Below the pieces are notes generated by a model. It searched no databases, was not told where the DNA came from, and worked only from the letters and a program-made list of their open reading frames with translations. A stretch of 54,193 nt of DNA from Veleropilina oligotropha. Lineage: Eukaryota. The stretch spans positions 248,001 to 302,193 of the forward strand of contig JBEUKZ010000129.1 in assembly GCA_048128005.1 (NCBI GenBank). Reading direction: 5' to 3'. The position numbers and the translations under genes are program-made. How positions within the stretch are numbered: position 1 is the first letter of the stretch; each line of letters starts with the position of its first letter. Below are positions 49,908-54,193 of this stretch, one piece after another.

Positions 49908-50864
49908 CAGTATGCTGGTTATAATGATTATATATTAGACCATTGAAACACACATACGTGAATATAATTATGTCTATGATATGTTTGCCCACACATCCCT
50001 TACAGTTATTGTATTTTTTACCATCTGACAAGCTCTCGTGCGTGTAGTGTTATTCGATAATACATGCCATGAGGTTGATATATGGGTAATGGGACTGTGA
50101 GAGCCAGTTGTTCCGCTGTTCGATGTATAACACATACCGTGGGATTAGTTCGGTAGCTCTTTGCACCTTGCGTGAGGTCAGTAATTGACAAGGCGCCACA
50201 GTCATTTCCTTGGACAAGTCAATCTTGTAACATTGTCTAGACATTAAAATTTACAATATCTTTTCCTTGCATGTTTAACAGATCATACACTGACTTTTTA
50301 TTTTGATATATATGCAATATTTACTCAGCCGTGATGTTCAGACCTAGCATATTGCAATATTGTATTATATACAAGCAGTGAAGAGATTACTTCGCAAACA
50401 AATACAGAGAAACGAAAGTTGGGGTGATCTAATGACCGTTTGTCGGAATGCTGTAGCATGGGAAGTCGAGACGTTTGTTTTCAATATAAGACTTCTGCTT
50501 CTGCTTCTGCTCGTTAAATCGTCTCTATATGAAATCGTGCTTGTTCGAAATTCGCATTGAATAGGTCTTTGCTACATTTCTTAACTCGAACAGTCTCCAA
50601 GAATAATACGGTATTTGTGTTACAATACACGACAAGTCGCCAATCTATCATGTAGAGAAGGAGTTCTATAAATGGATACAACCTCGATCATGAAAAATGG
50701 GATGCTGTCGCTTTCCCCGCTGTAAATCCGTGCAAATTCTCCTTTAACCGTTTGAGTGTTCACAGCCACGATCGATGCTTTGACGTACAGTGCGTAGCGC
50801 CCCGAACGTGACTTCACTTCAGAGAAATACGACGAAGCATACTTAATTGCTATCACACGTCTTG

Positions 50865-51291
50865 AGCCCCGTTTACATTACCAAATATAATGCGCATTAA
50901 AATAAATCGGTTTCGAATCGGTTTAAAATAATCCAGCTTAATTTGCGTCTACACGCAATTACAGATTATTTATGTGGGTGTTATCAGTGCTTATCACCTT
51001 GTAATCGTAGGTCGTCTCAACAGGTTCAAGTCACATTCGCACGCGCGCATCGACATAAGCATGTGCATACATACAACTCAAAGCGAGGCAAACCGGTTCA
51101 AAGTCACTTGCGCGTTCACACTACAAACTGGATCGGATTAAAATAATTAAGCCGGTTTCAAACCACATCAGGGGGTGGATCATTTTAAGCCGGTTAAAGT
51201 CGACTCATTTACGTAAACACACGCCAAATATAATCCGCAATAAAATAAACCGGTTTCGAGCCGGCTTAAATTTGGTAGTGTAATCGAGGCT
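50865..51291. mobile_element. MITE (Harbinger-like TIRs)
   Basis: AGCCCCGTTTACATTACCAAA / TTTGGTAGTGTAATCGAGGCT; internal aaccggtt repeats. Confidence 0.65.
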
Positions 51292-52305
51292 TTATATGAT
51301 GTAAGTAAAATAATTATTACAAGCACTGTATACATTTACCTAAGCACCAAAACGGCTAAAAGAAATTCCTTCATTAAATGTTGTATTTAAATTAAAACGT
51401 TTCTATATTTGCACCACTTATATATAAATGTTGCTTTGATGTGTTCTGCTCATGTTCAATCTTGATACATTGTTTTAGTGTGTAAGCCTATATGACTTAA
51501 ACTGTTGATGCAACATTATATTTCCGGCATGTGGAAAACCAATCTAATACCTAACGATACATGAAATGTGTTCGTGGCTCTGTTCCTATTATCGTCAAAT
51601 ATTCGGCGATGCGATTTCATACGGAATCAAATACGCATTGAAGTTTCGAAATGAATATATTTATGTGTAGACAATTGTTTATATTCGGTTACTCTTGCAT
51701 TTTCCTTTGACACATATTGGTTTAGCAATTTGTAAAAAAGTTTATTTATATTTGAGGCTGATGTAAGCATTTCATTATACTGGTTGTTGGGTATCTATGC
51801 AAAGTAAAAATGTAAATAATGGATATTTGGCTATTTTCTCTTTATTAATATTATTAGCTTCCAGCAGAGAGTTGCTGAAGAATGCGGATAATTGGATTGC
51901 GCACACCCCCATTGCGTATTATATAAGATGTGTTTTTGCTATGTTAGGACATCTGCCGGTATACCCAAGTCAGCCATTGGTTAAGATCGGAACAGAGGTC
52001 TTGGAGATAATACAAGGTTAGAGACAAACAAGACAATGTCAAACCCAACCCGGTAATCAGAAACACCATGATGAGATGTAGAAATCGATTAATAATTTCC
52101 CCGCTAGAGCAGGAAAGCCGGATATGACGTCATAAAATGACGGCTACTAAAGCATTACAATAAACGTTAATTCCATTAGAATTGTGAAAGTCACAAAATA
52201 TGAACTGTTTCATCAATTTTAAAGATGGTGATTTCACTTCAGTACCGTAAATTGGGAATTGACGCCAATTAATCTAAATTTTGTGTATGTATTCTTTGCA
52301 TAAAG

Positions 52306-53288
52306 CAGAGGCGGCGGAACCGGGGGGGCCAGGGGGGGCCGGCCCCCCCCCCCCCCAATACAAATATCTAGGAGCCCAAATATTTTGGAAGTATTAAATT
52401 AATAACGTATTACACGTTGGTTTGCGAACCAGCACCGTATCCACTCGGCCACGCTGCCCCCATAATTGTAATGAGCGTTAGATAGAAGTGTTGGCAGTGT
52501 TGTCATTAACGTAACATAATCCTAATGCTGGCATTAAAGACAGGCAGTATAAGAGTTTCGCAGTTGATGCTTTGAAGATTGTGCGAATGGGTGCAGGGGC
52601 GTCGCGACAGTTAAGGGGGGTATTTACCCCTCTAATATTTTTGAAGCAAGTACCCTCGCATAAGCTGAATGCTAACGTCATCACACTATCACAATCTTTG
52701 CCATGGTCGATTTCGCGAATAATTATCACTTGCAAAGTTGGCCCTAGCTATTTCGTTCATAGTTTTGTAAGCGTAATCAATATAAAGACATTTCAATGCG
52801 AGATTTCCGGCATTAGCTAGACAATTGCTGCAGTTGAACAAGTTATTTCGTTATCTTATCAGCGATTCGCCATCATAATTCCTCCCTAGAACACTTGTAA
52901 ACCATGCCCGTAATATAGTGTCGGTACAAATAGTATTGAACAAACGAAGTACGTAGTAAATTTATATTCCAGAATGCAGCAAAATATGTGGGATAGTACT
53001 ATTATTATCGAATATTTTAACATGTTTTTAATAATTTCTCCTCTCCAAACATGAAATTTTGAGGCAAAAAAAAATGTCAATTTTTGTCCTATAATGCAGG
53101 AGAACGCTTTTCAGAGCTTCTAAATTAAAAAAATCTTGGGGGTGCATGCCCCCAAACCCCCCTAGATGTTCGCGGCCTACGGCCGCTCACGCTGCCTTGG
53201 TTAAAGATACCCCCCTAACATGGTGGTAAGGCAAAGAGTCTTGTTTAGGCAGGGCCCCCCCAATGTGAAAATCGTTCCGCCGCCTCTG
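52306..53288. mobile_element. CAG-ended MITE with perfect 5-bp TSD TAAAG
   Basis: taaag|CAGAGGCGGCGGAAC ... GTTCCGCCGCCTCTG|taaag. Confidence 0.8.
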
Positions 53289-53434
53289 TAAAGTTATGCT
53301 GGTTTACAGATTGCCATATACAGAAATAAAATATAAGATATGGTAATAAATATTTAAAACGTCGATATTGATTAAAAGAGTACGCTTGTTATTGACGGTG
53401 ATCATTCACGTCGGCTTCAGGAAGTTTCGACCAT

Positions 53435-53790
<356 letters not shown>

Positions 53791-54193
53791 TATTTTCATT
53801 AAAACAATACATTTTCTGAACATAAAGTTTCAACTAATTGCATGTACCGAATTTTAAATTAATTCGAAACCTATATTACTATTATTATGATATTGTTGAT
53901 ATTGTCGACTGGGGGAACCTTCATGGTATCTTCAATGGCGTCTAACGCAACCGTCCACGCTAAAATTATGTCTATGACTGAAGCGATTATCTAATAATTA
54001 GAATACGTTATGCTGTATTTTAACTTGCGAATCATCAAGTGAATAGGTGATAAATACACACAATACACTATTTTTAGTTTTTTCGAATGTAAATTACGTA
54101 ACGAATCGGTATCAGCATATTTAACCTCCTTTGACAGCCATCTTGTTTACTGTAGATTCTAGGTAATTTACCATGTCATTGTCTAGTGCGCCC

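Noticed and set aside
49088..50031. Long ORFs with MLHTVSICYTLSVYATHCQY repeats
   Set aside because: Translation of the 20-bp minisatellite in all three frames.

Overview
AT-rich, intron-containing eukaryotic genomic DNA; the repeat and protein style suggest a mollusc (inference). I reconstructed three host genes by hand from splice signals. Two are head-to-tail minus-strand paralogues, each encoding an Ig(V-like)+Ig(C2-like) ectodomain with a C-terminal hydrophobic, GPI-signal-like tail. Gene B is complete (8913->3384, 5 exons, 269 aa). Gene A has 6 exons (21329->9836) and its signal-peptide exon was not found. The third is a small two-exon plus-strand KCTD/BTB gene (35954-36129 + 48629-48905, 150 aa). 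The rest is mostly decayed and nested mobile DNA: an L2/CR1-type LINE, an Ingi/Vingi-like LINE in which 55 bp of RT sequence has amplified into a ~2.1 kb satellite, a Penelope-like element whose terminal repeat is split by a THAP-bearing ISL2EU-like transposon, a long-TIR transposon, Harbinger and CAG-ended MITEs, HINE-like elements, SINEs, long palindromes and mini/microsatellites. No prokaryotic features and no CRISPR. Gene models are manual predictions without transcript evidence.
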